DNA from: Nemertoderma westbladi
Lineage: Eukaryota > Animalia > Xenacoelomorpha
Length of the DNA: 64,000 bases
NCBI GenBank assembly: GCA_032718475.1
Contig: JAUCBJ010005101.1
Span: forward strand, 1-64,000
Direction of reading: 5' to 3'
The first letter of the stretch is position 1; each line of letters starts with the position of its first letter. A program made the translations under genes and the position numbers. This document shows positions 48,741-57,968 of the stretch, in pieces. The notes under the pieces are model-generated. The model was not told the origin of the DNA and did not search any database. It saw only the letters and a list, made by a program, of their open reading frames with translations.

Positions 48741-51700
48741 CCCACTCCAGACGCTGTCACGTTGGGGAGTCCCTGGATGTTGGTTGGATTAGGGAGGTGG
48801 TCGTGGGAAGAGTATCTTGATCTTGCCTTCCATAGTTTCCGGAGAGTTCTCTGTCTCTTTCCAGTAAACATAAACGACCAACTGGGCGATTTAGCTGTAG
48901 TGTTTCGAATACAATTCCAGGTTTCCTCTTCGTCCTGGAATAGTGACGATAGAAACATCGCTTCAAATACACGACGGCCTTACAAAGCTGATTCCAGGAG
49001 CTATAGTGGTCCATCGCTCCCGGCAGGAGAGGTGAGAGTCCCTGCGAGACGTCTGGTGTTCCAGATCTCCAGTCTCTCTCTCTGATCTCCACAACAGACT
49101 CTGTTCGCGGCTGGGGAGTTTAGGATCCAAAGCATCGTCTCCTGGCAAGTGTGTAGTACAGACAGATCTATCACGGGTTTAAATAACCTTGATTTACTCG
49201 TCCGGGTTTTAGGTTTGACTTTCTCCGCTCCCTTGGCTTGTCTAATCTCAGCCGTGGTAAGATGGGGAGGCCATTCATCTTCTTTACTTAGGAAGTCGGG
49301 TCCACCTAACCAGTCTGGAGTATCTGTCAGTTCTTGAGGAGTTGCTCCTCTGGAAGCGATGTCGGCTAGATTAATCGTCTCGGGGCAATGTCTCCATTGA
49401 TCTACATTAGAGTTAATATCGTCATTATCTGAGGAGTATGGTGTTCCCTCAGTTGTGGTCGTCTCTCCCTCACTGATGTCTTCTTCCCATTCACTCTCCT
49501 GATGGACCTGATCTTTGGGTAGCCTTTCCAGGAGTGTCCTACGGGAAGGTCCAGTGAAGTACCAACCTACTCTTGTTCTTCCCGCATAGGTTTGCAATGG
49601 TTGCGGTCGAGCAGGCCGTTTCTCTAATGTCTCAAGCGCCTCATGCGCATTTTGGCCGATGAGTATCTGTACCCCTGGGTAGTCGGTGTTGAATCTAGGT
49701 ATCTCATGCTGCTGGGTGAAATCGTCTTCATCCCAGTTATAAGGTTCCACTTGGCTGGTAGCGAAGTTCTTTATCGCCACCATTTTTACTAACCTTATAC
49801 TGTGTTCTCCTAGTTCATCCTGGGGGGTGGACAACGCGCCTACATAGTAGTCTGTAGCTACTGTAGATTTCCAAACCTGCATAATTCCTGAAAGGTTCAA
49901 CTTAGTTCGGAACTTGGGTTGTCCAGCAAAGATGTCTTCGGCTAGTTCTTTGTCGATGAATGTTCCTGTGCTGCCGGAGTCAAGGAGGGCGTTCACTATA
50001 TAGCTCTTTTTTAACCCGTGGACTCTCAACTGCACTACGGGAAATTCCCGGATTCCTACGTTGGAAGTTGGCGCTTTCCAAGATGGTTGTCGGTCAGGAA
50101 TAGTTAGGGGGAGCTCACTATCAGTTTCAGTCTCATACGTAAGTGCTCGATACACTGCGGTGTTTATTAGATAACAGGATTCGTTTTCGTCGGAGAATTC
50201 ATCCGTGTAGAATCCTTCCATCTCAGAACTGAGGTCAGTGTCGTTCACATCACTGAATTGGACATGTAGTTCGGGCTCACTTACCTGACTCGTGCGGGTT
50301 CTTTCAAATTCTGTGTGCAGCAAGATATGATGTTTCGCGCCGCACTTAGCACACCTAGCATCTGAGTAACAGGTCCGCCGTTGGTGTCCTCGTCTGAGAC
50401 AATTATAACACAACCGCTTATCCCACATGACATCACGTCTATCCTTTAGGGATTTCTTTAAGAATTCATCACACCCACTCAAGCGATGGGCCCGTCACAC
50501 AATACACATTTGGGCTTGATGTTACTTACCTTAACCTGTGCTGTGTGGTGCACACTTGTTCTTTCCTCGGGCTTTCTTCCATGAATTCTTTTAGGAGACG
50601 TAGGAGAAGTTGTTGTTACCTGTTCTCTCCTGTCACTGGTTCGAGACTTAAATTTACTTACGTCTTTAGGTACTTTGTTGACATAATAAGATCTTTCGGT
50701 GTCTTTCCCGCTGTTCTCCTCGTGGGAGGTTTGGTCTTTGCCGTCGTCTGTATAACACACTGGTGTTACCTTTCGCCTAGAAACGGAATTTTCACTTACC
50801 TCACTTTCAGGAGTCTTCTCTCTAGACTGTTTTAGGAGTTTTAATCTTACCTCTCGGTTTAAGAATGACAGAAGGTCCGTCATGGTTGGATCTCTATGTT
50901 GTTGGTCCATCAAATAGAGAACCTTTTTGTCCCAGCGAGTACCTACTTCACTCTTTGGCAAAGCTGATGCTAAGGCTCCTACAACCATAGAATTCTGGTA
51001 TTCATGAGACTTACCTAACCAATCTAGTTGTCTACAGATCTCCTGAATCTCATCGGAAAACTCTATAATCCCGCTGCTAAGGAACTTTCGGGGTGCTACC
51101 AATTTTGCATACAAATACCTAGCTATGTTATTACTAATACCATACCTGATGTTTAGTGTATCCCAAACTTGTCTTAATCCATCTGGATGTCCAATAAACT
51201 TTAACGCCATTAACTTGGGAGGTCCTTCCAAACACTCGATGAGGAATCTAAGTTTCTCTCCGTTAGATAGTACAGAGTTCTGTATGTTATCTTTGTAATA
51301 TTCATTAAAAGGTAACCATTTCATCTCATCTCCATTGAACTTGACGATCTCTCCCACCTTTACCGCTTGACGGGCTTCGGTTCTAGCCATTTGACGCGTA
51401 AAACTTTCTTGGGCCATCATATTATTTAATGTCGAGTTATCGGTATATAAATTTCTCGGATTATGATCAGGTCTATATGGAATATCATTGTCAACAGGTT
51501 TATAATTACTCTTAATAGGGTTTACTATAGGAGTTTCTACTTCACTAGCAGTATAGATGCGTGTAGGCTCCACACCTTGCGCATGAAATACTTCAGACCT
51601 AACAGGTTGACACATTGTTACAGGGGGTGATGGTATACCCTTTTGTGTATTTACTAATTTATCGCGTTCTAACGCGATGCTCTGCTGCACTTCTTGCAAT

Positions 51701-53380
51701 TCTAACCTACTTTCCCTTACTGTTCCCTTGAACTGTTGAACAGTCTCCTGCATCTGCCCGAGCAGGAGATCCATCCCCCGCCGTCCCTCATCCACCCACT
51801 CGACCGCCGAAGCGGGAGCCGCCAACATAGTAGTGGGTAGACGAGGGACAACGGGCGACAAATCATTGATATTTCGCTCAGAGTCCACTACAGGAACTGT
51901 CTCAGGGGCGGTTCTGTTGGGCACAGGTAGTTTAGTGCTGTGCAAAGGGAATTTAGAGGTAGGTTCTGGGAGTACAGGTGTCTCTATCACCGAAGGGGTG
52001 GCTTCGAGAACAGGCCTAATTATTTCAGGCTCATCTACTATAGTAGGGAGTCTTTCTACTCTAATAATTTGGTCTGTGGGTTCTGTACTACCTAAGTCTG
52101 TGCTAGCTAGTTGCCTTCTCACAGCTGGGGGCAAATCAGGCAATTTCTGACGGTGGGGCATTCTTCTACACCTGCTGAGACGAGATCTATTTCCTCCGCC
52201 TTCAGGATCTGTTGTATCGCCTTCATCCGATGATGTAAAGCCCTGTCGCTTGGGGGTGGATCGACTTATCAGCTGCATCTGACTAGCTGTTATCTGTTTA
52301 TTGAAGTTGTCTTGCTTCTCTTGAAGATTTTCCAACTCTAGTTGGGTTGTCTCTTCAGATGCCCTCCGTTCTGCTTCTGCCACTGCTGCTGCCGCCTTTC
52401 TTTCCGCTTCTACTGCTGCAGCTGCCGCTTTTGCCTCTGCCGCTGCCGCTTTTGCCTCTGCAGCTGCCGCTTTTCTTTCAACTTCTGCGGCCTTTCTTTC
52501 AGCTTCTGCGGCTGCCATTGCCGCTTTCCTTTCAACTTCTGCCGCTGCCGCTGCTGCTATCTTTCTGTCTTCTATACGTTTTTTCTTTACTTGTTCTTCT
52601 TGTTCCCTAACGATGCGGATTCTTTCATCAAATTTAGCTTGATCCGCTTCCAACCTTTCCGCATCTATTGCGTCCAACACAAACTTGGCTCCTTCACTAT
52701 TAGGACGAAGTCCAGCCAGCCGTCTCCTCAACTCTTTGTCTCCTACAAATCGTTGATAGTCCGACAGGTAGATGTCAATAGCATCCTTCTTCTGAGGTTT
52801 CTCTGCTGTCGCTTCGCTTTCTACTTGCGAAAAGGTAGCGTCTGTTGATTCTCCGTGGGTTGAGCACACAGCCAGCTGGAATTTCCACTGGGCCGTTCCT
52901 TGAACCTTGAGACTCACCCGCTGGAACCAAGTCTTTACGGCAACTTGCAACGACGTCTCTTGTCTTCTTTTCGAAGCTTCCTCAAAGGCCGATAGGATTA
53001 GTCTGATTCTTAGAATTCTTTCTCGAACTTGATAAAGCAGCTCTCCCTGCTCTTGAGGTCCTTGGGTTTGTTGAAACAGTTGTTCCTCTAATCGCTCCAA
53101 AGAGCTGAAGAATCCCTGTACATATCCTGCTGCCGACCTCTTCCACACAGCTGGATCACTAGTGTCTTTTGTTACTCCCATCCTGTGTATGTCTTCCCAG
53201 GCAGCTTCCGATAAGTCAAACGGGAGTCCGGGTCCGGGGAAGTTCCATTGCGACTCGACAATAGACTTCAGTTCCTCCCTTGTGTATCCCGCATAACTGT
53301 CCTTGGTCGATCGCTTACTTCTCGCCCAATCAATTTGGTGTTCCTCCACCGCAATCAATACCCTAGTGAGTACGGCTGTG
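48741..53380 (-). mobile_element. Bel/Pao retrotransposon derivative: gag and protease, with RT and integrase core deleted
   Basis: KFNGDEMKW...EKLRFLIECLEG capsid-like region; Cys/His knuckles; LLDSGS protease; WRHCPETINLADIASRG RNase H tail; YSSW; terminal RPVGRLCLL motif. Confidence 0.9.
49001..50482 (-). CDS. Bel/Pao Zn knuckles, aspartic protease and RNase H remnant
   Basis: CYNCLRRGHQRRTC, CAKCGAKHHILLH, NALLDSGS, ILIG, GWYFTGP. Confidence 0.85.
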   Translation of the reverse strand: MSGCDEFLKKSLKDRRDVMWDKRLCYNCLRRGHQRRTCYSDARCAKCGAKHHILLHTEFERTRTSQVSEPELHVQFSDVNDTDLSSEMEGFYTDEFSDENESCYLINTAVYRALTYETETDSELPLTIPDRQPSWKAPTSNVGIREFPVVQLRVHGLKKSYIVNALLDSGSTGTFIDKELAEDIFAGQPKFRTKLNLSGIMQVWKSTVATDYYVGALSTPQDELGEHSIRLVKMVAIKNFATSQVEPYNWDEDDFTQQHEIPRFNTDYPGVQILIGQNAHEALETLEKRPARPQPLQTYAGRTRVGWYFTGPSRRTLLERLPKDQVHQESEWEEDISEGETTTTEGTPYSSDNDDINSNVDQWRHCPETINLADIASRGATPQELTDTPDWLGGPDFLSKEDEWPPHLTTAEIRQAKGAEKVKPKTRTSKSRLFKPVIDLSVLHTCQETMLWILNSPAANRVCCGDQRERLEIWNTRRLAGTLTSPAGSDGPL

Positions 53381-56133
53381 GATCGTTGTGTCGAAGTTAA
53401 ACGTGCTGTTTGAATATAGAAGTCGCCACGAGTAGCAGAACGAGTAGGGTAGTTATGTACTGTAGAGGTTTTCCTGAATAGATCTTGAATTGAAGTTGGT
53501 AAGTTATTAGGAGTAGAGTTTACATCGTACATAAGAGATCCTACTTGATGTTTATATAGTAAATTCAGCGGAAGTATAGATAGAGATTTATATATTGGAT
53601 GAAAAGAGGCCTGGTAGTGGTTGAAAGTAATACATCTGACTAATTTGTTGATTTTGATTCGAAGCGATTTTAGCGTACTAGAATGGGTATTACCCCATAG
53701 CAAGATTCCATAGTTGAGGTAGGGATGAATTAGTGTAAAATAAAGTTGTCTTAGTATTTGTAGTGGAAATATATGTCGAAGCTTGTAGAAAATGCCTGCA
53801 GATTTTGATATTTTACTTTTAACGTAATCTATATGGGGTTTCCAATTTAAATTGTTATCTACATACACACCCAAAAATTTAGTGCTATTTGTAATTTGAA
53901 TTTTATTATTATTTATTTGGAGTGCAGGTAGATTACAAGTTTGTTGGAGTGTATTGGAGAATAGAGTAGCTTCAGTTTTTTTTAGATTTAGGGAAAGACG
54001 ATTATCAATTAGCCAACCAGCGATTTTATTCAATTCCAGGTTAATGTCATTAGTTAGATCGGTTAGATTGGTGCCTGATTGGAATAGAGTAGTGTCGTCT
54101 GCAAATAACGTAGCTAATAAAGTAGTTACATTGGGTAAGTCATTAATGTAGATTAGAAATAGAAGGGGGGAGAGAACCCCTCCCTGAGAGAGGCCACATA
54201 GTAATGGTAAGAGAGTAGATGAGCAGGAGTCTATAGACACGTACTGAAATCTAGAGGATAGGAAGCTAGGGATTAGTTGATGAGGGATACCGCGTACGCC
54301 ATAGCAGTTTAGCTTATCTAAGAGTATTTTTGTATTGATAGTGTCAAAAGCCTTCTTTAGATCTATATATATAGCATATGTGGTTTTTTTATTATCAAGT
54401 GCTTGGTGAATTTTTTCAATAACCGAAAGTAAAGCGTGTGAGGTCGAAATTTTGGGCCGAAAACCGTACTGGGAGTTTGTTAGTAATTTGAATTTACTTA
54501 GGTAAGATAGTAGTTGTGAGTTAATGATCTGTTCGAATATTTTACTTAGTATTGGAAGAAGCGAGATCGGTCGATAAATATTAGGATCAGTAGGGTCATC
54601 CGTTTTGTACGAAGGGATAACTTTAGCAATTTTGAGGGAACTCGGGAAGTGTCCTAACCTGATAGATAGATTAATTAGTTTGCTGAGATATATAGATATA
54701 GGTTTAGCCGCGAGTTGAAGTAACTTAGTGGGGAATGAATCGTTTGTTGCAGATTTGGGATTTAGATGGAGCAATAAATATTCGACTTCTACAGGAGTAG
54801 TTTCAATAAGCGAGAACGAGTTAGGACGTCGGTTGGAGTTAGAAATGAAACGGAGTGGGGATCGATTAGATGTTGGGATGTTTCTATTTAGTTTAGAACC
54901 TACGGTAGCGAAGTGAGTATTAAGAATATTAGCTATTTTAGCGGGGTCTCTAGTAGTTTCTATTATATTATCGGTACGAGTAGTAATTTGGTTAGGGATG
55001 CTTAGTTTTTTCGATTTGTTAAGTGCGGAATTTATTATCAGCCAAGTTTTTCGACTATTTTTCGAATTTTTTTCAAATTGGTCTGTATAGTATAGCTTTT
55101 CTGCAGTTCTCAGGGTTGAAGTTAATTTATTTCTGTACATCTTGAATTTTATCAGGTTAGATTCAGTGGGTTGTTTTAGGTATTGACGATATAGCTTATT
55201 TTTTTTTATTGTACAATTAATTAAAGCAGTGGTCATCCAGGGTTTGTTTGGTATTTTGCGCGGTTGAACTAGTATTTTTGGTACGTGTTTATTAAAAATA
55301 TTTTCCATGTCTTTATATAATACATCAAATTTATCTTTATCCTTAATATCTTTATGAGTATATGTCCATGAAGCGGGTGAATTAATGTCTTTCATAAAAT
55401 TTTGTGAATTGAAATTAGAATAGTCGAAAACTGAGTGAAATTTGGGTTTGCTAAAGTAACATGAATAATTTTGAAGTAGAGTGAATATTGGTTGATGATC
55501 AGAGGATCCAATTTTAACGCGAAAAGTACCAGATTTAGTTGCTGAAGAAGTAATATTAGTGATTACGTGATCTATACATGATTTAGTCCATGGGGTAACG
55601 CGTGTAGGGTGATTAATTAGTTGAATGAAGCCGTATGAGTATAGAAGGTTTACATATTCCATTGGATTATCTTTAGATTTTGGAAGTGTATTAATGTTAG
55701 TATCTCCAGTAATGATGATGTCACAGGTAGAGTTAGCTAAGTTAGATAGGGAAGAATCTAGAAGAGAGAGAAAGTGTTCACGTTGTATAGCTTGCGTACG
55801 GTATAGAGTTCCAACTATTAAGGGTTTAGATTTTTGTCGTTTTATTTCAATCCATGAGCTTTCAAGGTCACTGATTTTCAAATCGTCCCTGGATATTACC
55901 TCTAAGGATTCTTTTACGTAAATGGCAGCCCCCCCTCGATCTAATTTACCAAATTTACGATTGTCTAAAAAAGGACCTTTGTACCCGTTAATATGTATAC
56001 TGGTTCTGGGGGAGTTGTCAGTTAAAAATGTTTCTGAAAAGTTTAGAATGTCAAATTTTAGATCCAATGTAAGTAAAAAATCAGTAATGGAATTTAAGTT
56101 TGCTGGCAGGCTACGGCAATTTAGGTGGAACAC
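50479..56133 (-). CDS. 1884-aa chimeric ORF: CR1-group LINE APE-RT fused to Bel/Pao Gag
   Basis: APE (HLNCRS, SETF, GDTN, IDH, SDH) and RT (DLKKAFD, QGGVLSPLLF, FADD); junction near 53380; then coiled coil and Gag. Confidence 0.85.
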   Translation of the reverse strand: MFHLNCRSLPANLNSITDFLLTLDLKFDILNFSETFLTDNSPRTSIHINGYKGPFLDNRKFGKLDRGGAAIYVKESLEVISRDDLKISDLESSWIEIKRQKSKPLIVGTLYRTQAIQREHFLSLLDSSLSNLANSTCDIIITGDTNINTLPKSKDNPMEYVNLLYSYGFIQLINHPTRVTPWTKSCIDHVITNITSSATKSGTFRVKIGSSDHQPIFTLLQNYSCYFSKPKFHSVFDYSNFNSQNFMKDINSPASWTYTHKDIKDKDKFDVLYKDMENIFNKHVPKILVQPRKIPNKPWMTTALINCTIKKNKLYRQYLKQPTESNLIKFKMYRNKLTSTLRTAEKLYYTDQFEKNSKNSRKTWLIINSALNKSKKLSIPNQITTRTDNIIETTRDPAKIANILNTHFATVGSKLNRNIPTSNRSPLRFISNSNRRPNSFSLIETTPVEVEYLLLHLNPKSATNDSFPTKLLQLAAKPISIYLSKLINLSIRLGHFPSSLKIAKVIPSYKTDDPTDPNIYRPISLLPILSKIFEQIINSQLLSYLSKFKLLTNSQYGFRPKISTSHALLSVIEKIHQALDNKKTTYAIYIDLKKAFDTINTKILLDKLNCYGVRGIPHQLIPSFLSSRFQYVSIDSCSSTLLPLLCGLSQGGVLSPLLFLIYINDLPNVTTLLATLFADDTTLFQSGTNLTDLTNDINLELNKIAGWLIDNRLSLNLKKTEATLFSNTLQQTCNLPALQINNNKIQITNSTKFLGVYVDNNLNWKPHIDYVKSKISKSAGIFYKLRHIFPLQILRQLYFTLIHPYLNYGILLWGNTHSSTLKSLRIKINKLVRCITFNHYQASFHPIYKSLSILPLNLLYKHQVGSLMYDVNSTPNNLPTSIQDLFRKTSTVHNYPTRSATRGDFYIQTARLTSTQRSTAVLTRVLIAVEEHQIDWARSKRSTKDSYAGYTREELKSIVESQWNFPGPGLPFDLSEAAWEDIHRMGVTKDTSDPAVWKRSAAGYVQGFFSSLERLEEQLFQQTQGPQEQGELLYQVRERILRIRLILSAFEEASKRRQETSLQVAVKTWFQRVSLKVQGTAQWKFQLAVCSTHGESTDATFSQVESEATAEKPQKKDAIDIYLSDYQRFVGDKELRRRLAGLRPNSEGAKFVLDAIDAERLEADQAKFDERIRIVREQEEQVKKKRIEDRKIAAAAAAEVERKAAMAAAEAERKAAEVERKAAAAEAKAAAAEAKAAAAAVEAERKAAAAVAEAERRASEETTQLELENLQEKQDNFNKQITASQMQLISRSTPKRQGFTSSDEGDTTDPEGGGNRSRLSRCRRMPHRQKLPDLPPAVRRQLASTDLGSTEPTDQIIRVERLPTIVDEPEIIRPVLEATPSVIETPVLPEPTSKFPLHSTKLPVPNRTAPETVPVVDSERNINDLSPVVPRLPTTMLAAPASAVEWVDEGRRGMDLLLGQMQETVQQFKGTVRESRLELQEVQQSIALERDKLVNTQKGIPSPPVTMCQPVRSEVFHAQGVEPTRIYTASEVETPIVNPIKSNYKPVDNDIPYRPDHNPRNLYTDNSTLNNMMAQESFTRQMARTEARQAVKVGEIVKFNGDEMKWLPFNEYYKDNIQNSVLSNGEKLRFLIECLEGPPKLMALKFIGHPDGLRQVWDTLNIRYGISNNIARYLYAKLVAPRKFLSSGIIEFSDEIQEICRQLDWLGKSHEYQNSMVVGALASALPKSEVGTRWDKKVLYLMDQQHRDPTMTDLLSFLNREVRLKLLKQSREKTPESEVSENSVSRRKVTPVCYTDDGKDQTSHEENSGKDTERSYYVNKVPKDVSKFKSRTSDRREQVTTTSPTSPKRIHGRKPEERTSVHHTAQVKVSNIKPKCVLCDGPIA

Positions 56134-57480
56134 TGAAAGGGAAGGGTATCGTCAGAATTTGTATAGTCAATATTAAAAGTTTTTTCAGTATAAGTGCCGC
56201 CATCTATGTTAAGGTTCGTTAAATTACTTTCGGGGTCAAGGTGGGAAAAGGTTTGATTTAAGATAATAGTGTCAGGTAAAATAATTTTGGTTGGGAAAAT
56301 ATCGGCGTCTTTTGTACAAACTGAATAAAAAGGAAAAATTTCGGAGTAACAATAAACGCAGTAAATATCAGCTCTAGTTCGATCAGCAACGAGTGATAAA
56401 GAACAGTACAATATAAGACCTTAGTATCTACAGGCAGACTACAGTAGCCATAAAGGTAACAACCCTTCACCGACCATATTATAGTAATACAAGTTAGAAT
56501 CCGTACCAGGATCGGTGGCTGAATACAAAAGGATGATGAATCGTATTTCCGTTGAATCGGCATTGGGCGGTATATAAATCGAATGAAAGTCTCAAAATAC
56601 AAACAAGGTGTTATTTAGAATTTGGTTAAACGACTTCAACATCAGATTGGCTGTCATCGAGTAGATCGTCGTTAGTTAGACTGCTGGCGTCCTGTAACTG
56701 TCGGATTGCAGATGGCGACTTGTTACGAGATCCACAACTGGAAGATCCACCTTGCGAGAGGGAACGTATCGGTTCAGCAACCTGTCCAGATCGGGGTCGA
56801 ACGTTCCGGGCTTGGCCACCTTTTCTTTATTGAGGCACTGTCTGAATTCGCGGTTCGATCAACGTTAGTAGCTCATTTATGTCTTCGTGATTCCGGATAA
56901 GTAAGGGGACTTCTGTGGATTTAATTCGAACATAAACGTTCCCATTCTGGGAATATGAAGCGAATATAAGTATTTGTTTCTTTATTTTGACTACATCCCG
57001 TAGAAGCGTAACGCGATTCGGTGTTAGGTGCTCCGAGAAATACAGACCTTCTGGTATTATTTCGCGTTTTTTTTTAGAGAATACCTTAAAGCGTTGCGAG
57101 TGGCCCATAAATCGAATAATTATCGGGCGGGGCCTGTCTTCTTTCCGTCGTCCGAGTTGATGCAGCACATCGACAGATTGGTTACTAATTCCCATATCGG
57201 CTAAAATCTTGAAGACTAAACTCGCATCAGCAGTTGGGGTTGATTCTTTAACACCGTGGAGGAGCACATTATTTCTTCTAACATACTGCTGTAGGTCGTC
57301 GTTCGCGTCAGACATGCTTTTATTTTCTTTGGTTAATTTCGTAATGTTCAGTTGGAGTTCGCTGATAGTGGATTGCAGTTGAGGAATACTCGCGACTTTC
57401 TCTTTCATTATTTTTATGTCTTTGGCAATAGCAGTTAGCATTGTCTCGAAGCGGTCGATTTTTGGGCCCATTTTGAGACT
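53380..57480 (-). mobile_element. CR1-group (Crack/Daphne-like) LINE lacking its 3' end
   Basis: ORF1 56827-57471; ORF2 N-terminal part 56121-56411 (CVYC..IFPF, LDPESN) frameshifted to the APE; stops before the usual LWNxLP motif. Confidence 0.85.
56827..57471 (-). CDS. LINE ORF1
   Basis: Coiled coil, LQQYVRRNNVLLHGV, HQLG, RPRPIIIRF, FSEHLTP, NGNVYVR. Confidence 0.85.
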   Translation of the reverse strand: MGPKIDRFETMLTAIAKDIKIMKEKVASIPQLQSTISELQLNITKLTKENKSMSDANDDLQQYVRRNNVLLHGVKESTPTADASLVFKILADMGISNQSVDVLHQLGRRKEDRPRPIIIRFMGHSQRFKVFSKKKREIIPEGLYFSEHLTPNRVTLLRDVVKIKKQILIFASYSQNGNVYVRIKSTEVPLLIRNHEDINELLTLIEPRIQTVPQ

Positions 57481-57968
57481 ATGATATGCAGATTCAGAGA
57501 TTTTGTACAGATAGCAAATACAATAATAGGCCTATGGCAGTAGGGAGTTACCTGTAGGCAAGTCAGTCACTCAGTCATCATGATTTCTCAATTAACTCTT
57601 CTTCGACTTCCGATTAACGACTTCTTCTCAAATTCCTCGGACTCTAAGCAAATTAGTTCGTCTTCCAATTGCATTGCTGAGGTAGGTGTAGCTCTCTCCT
57701 CAAGCGAACCCACTGTTTGAACTTCCACAATAGAATAACCTGTGGGGATTCGGGGTCTTGGTATAACAGATGAATGTAAGTTCTGTATACACACGTCCTT
57801 AAAAATGGCGAATCCAGCGCTGTCCAACTTCTCAGCAGCTGAGTCTCTTAAGCTGAGCTTGGTCAGAGCGTGGTCCTTGAACTGACTATCAACGTTACGG
57901 AACAGAGTCAGAAAGCGCCTAAAGCATTAGAATCGGATGAATTTATTGTGTTCATCTAGCTTGGCGAG

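Noticed and set aside
52342-52848. Cys-rich and Leu/Pro-rich plus-strand ORFs
   Set aside because: Antisense shadows of the Ala/Glu/Lys coiled coil in the 1884-aa ORF.
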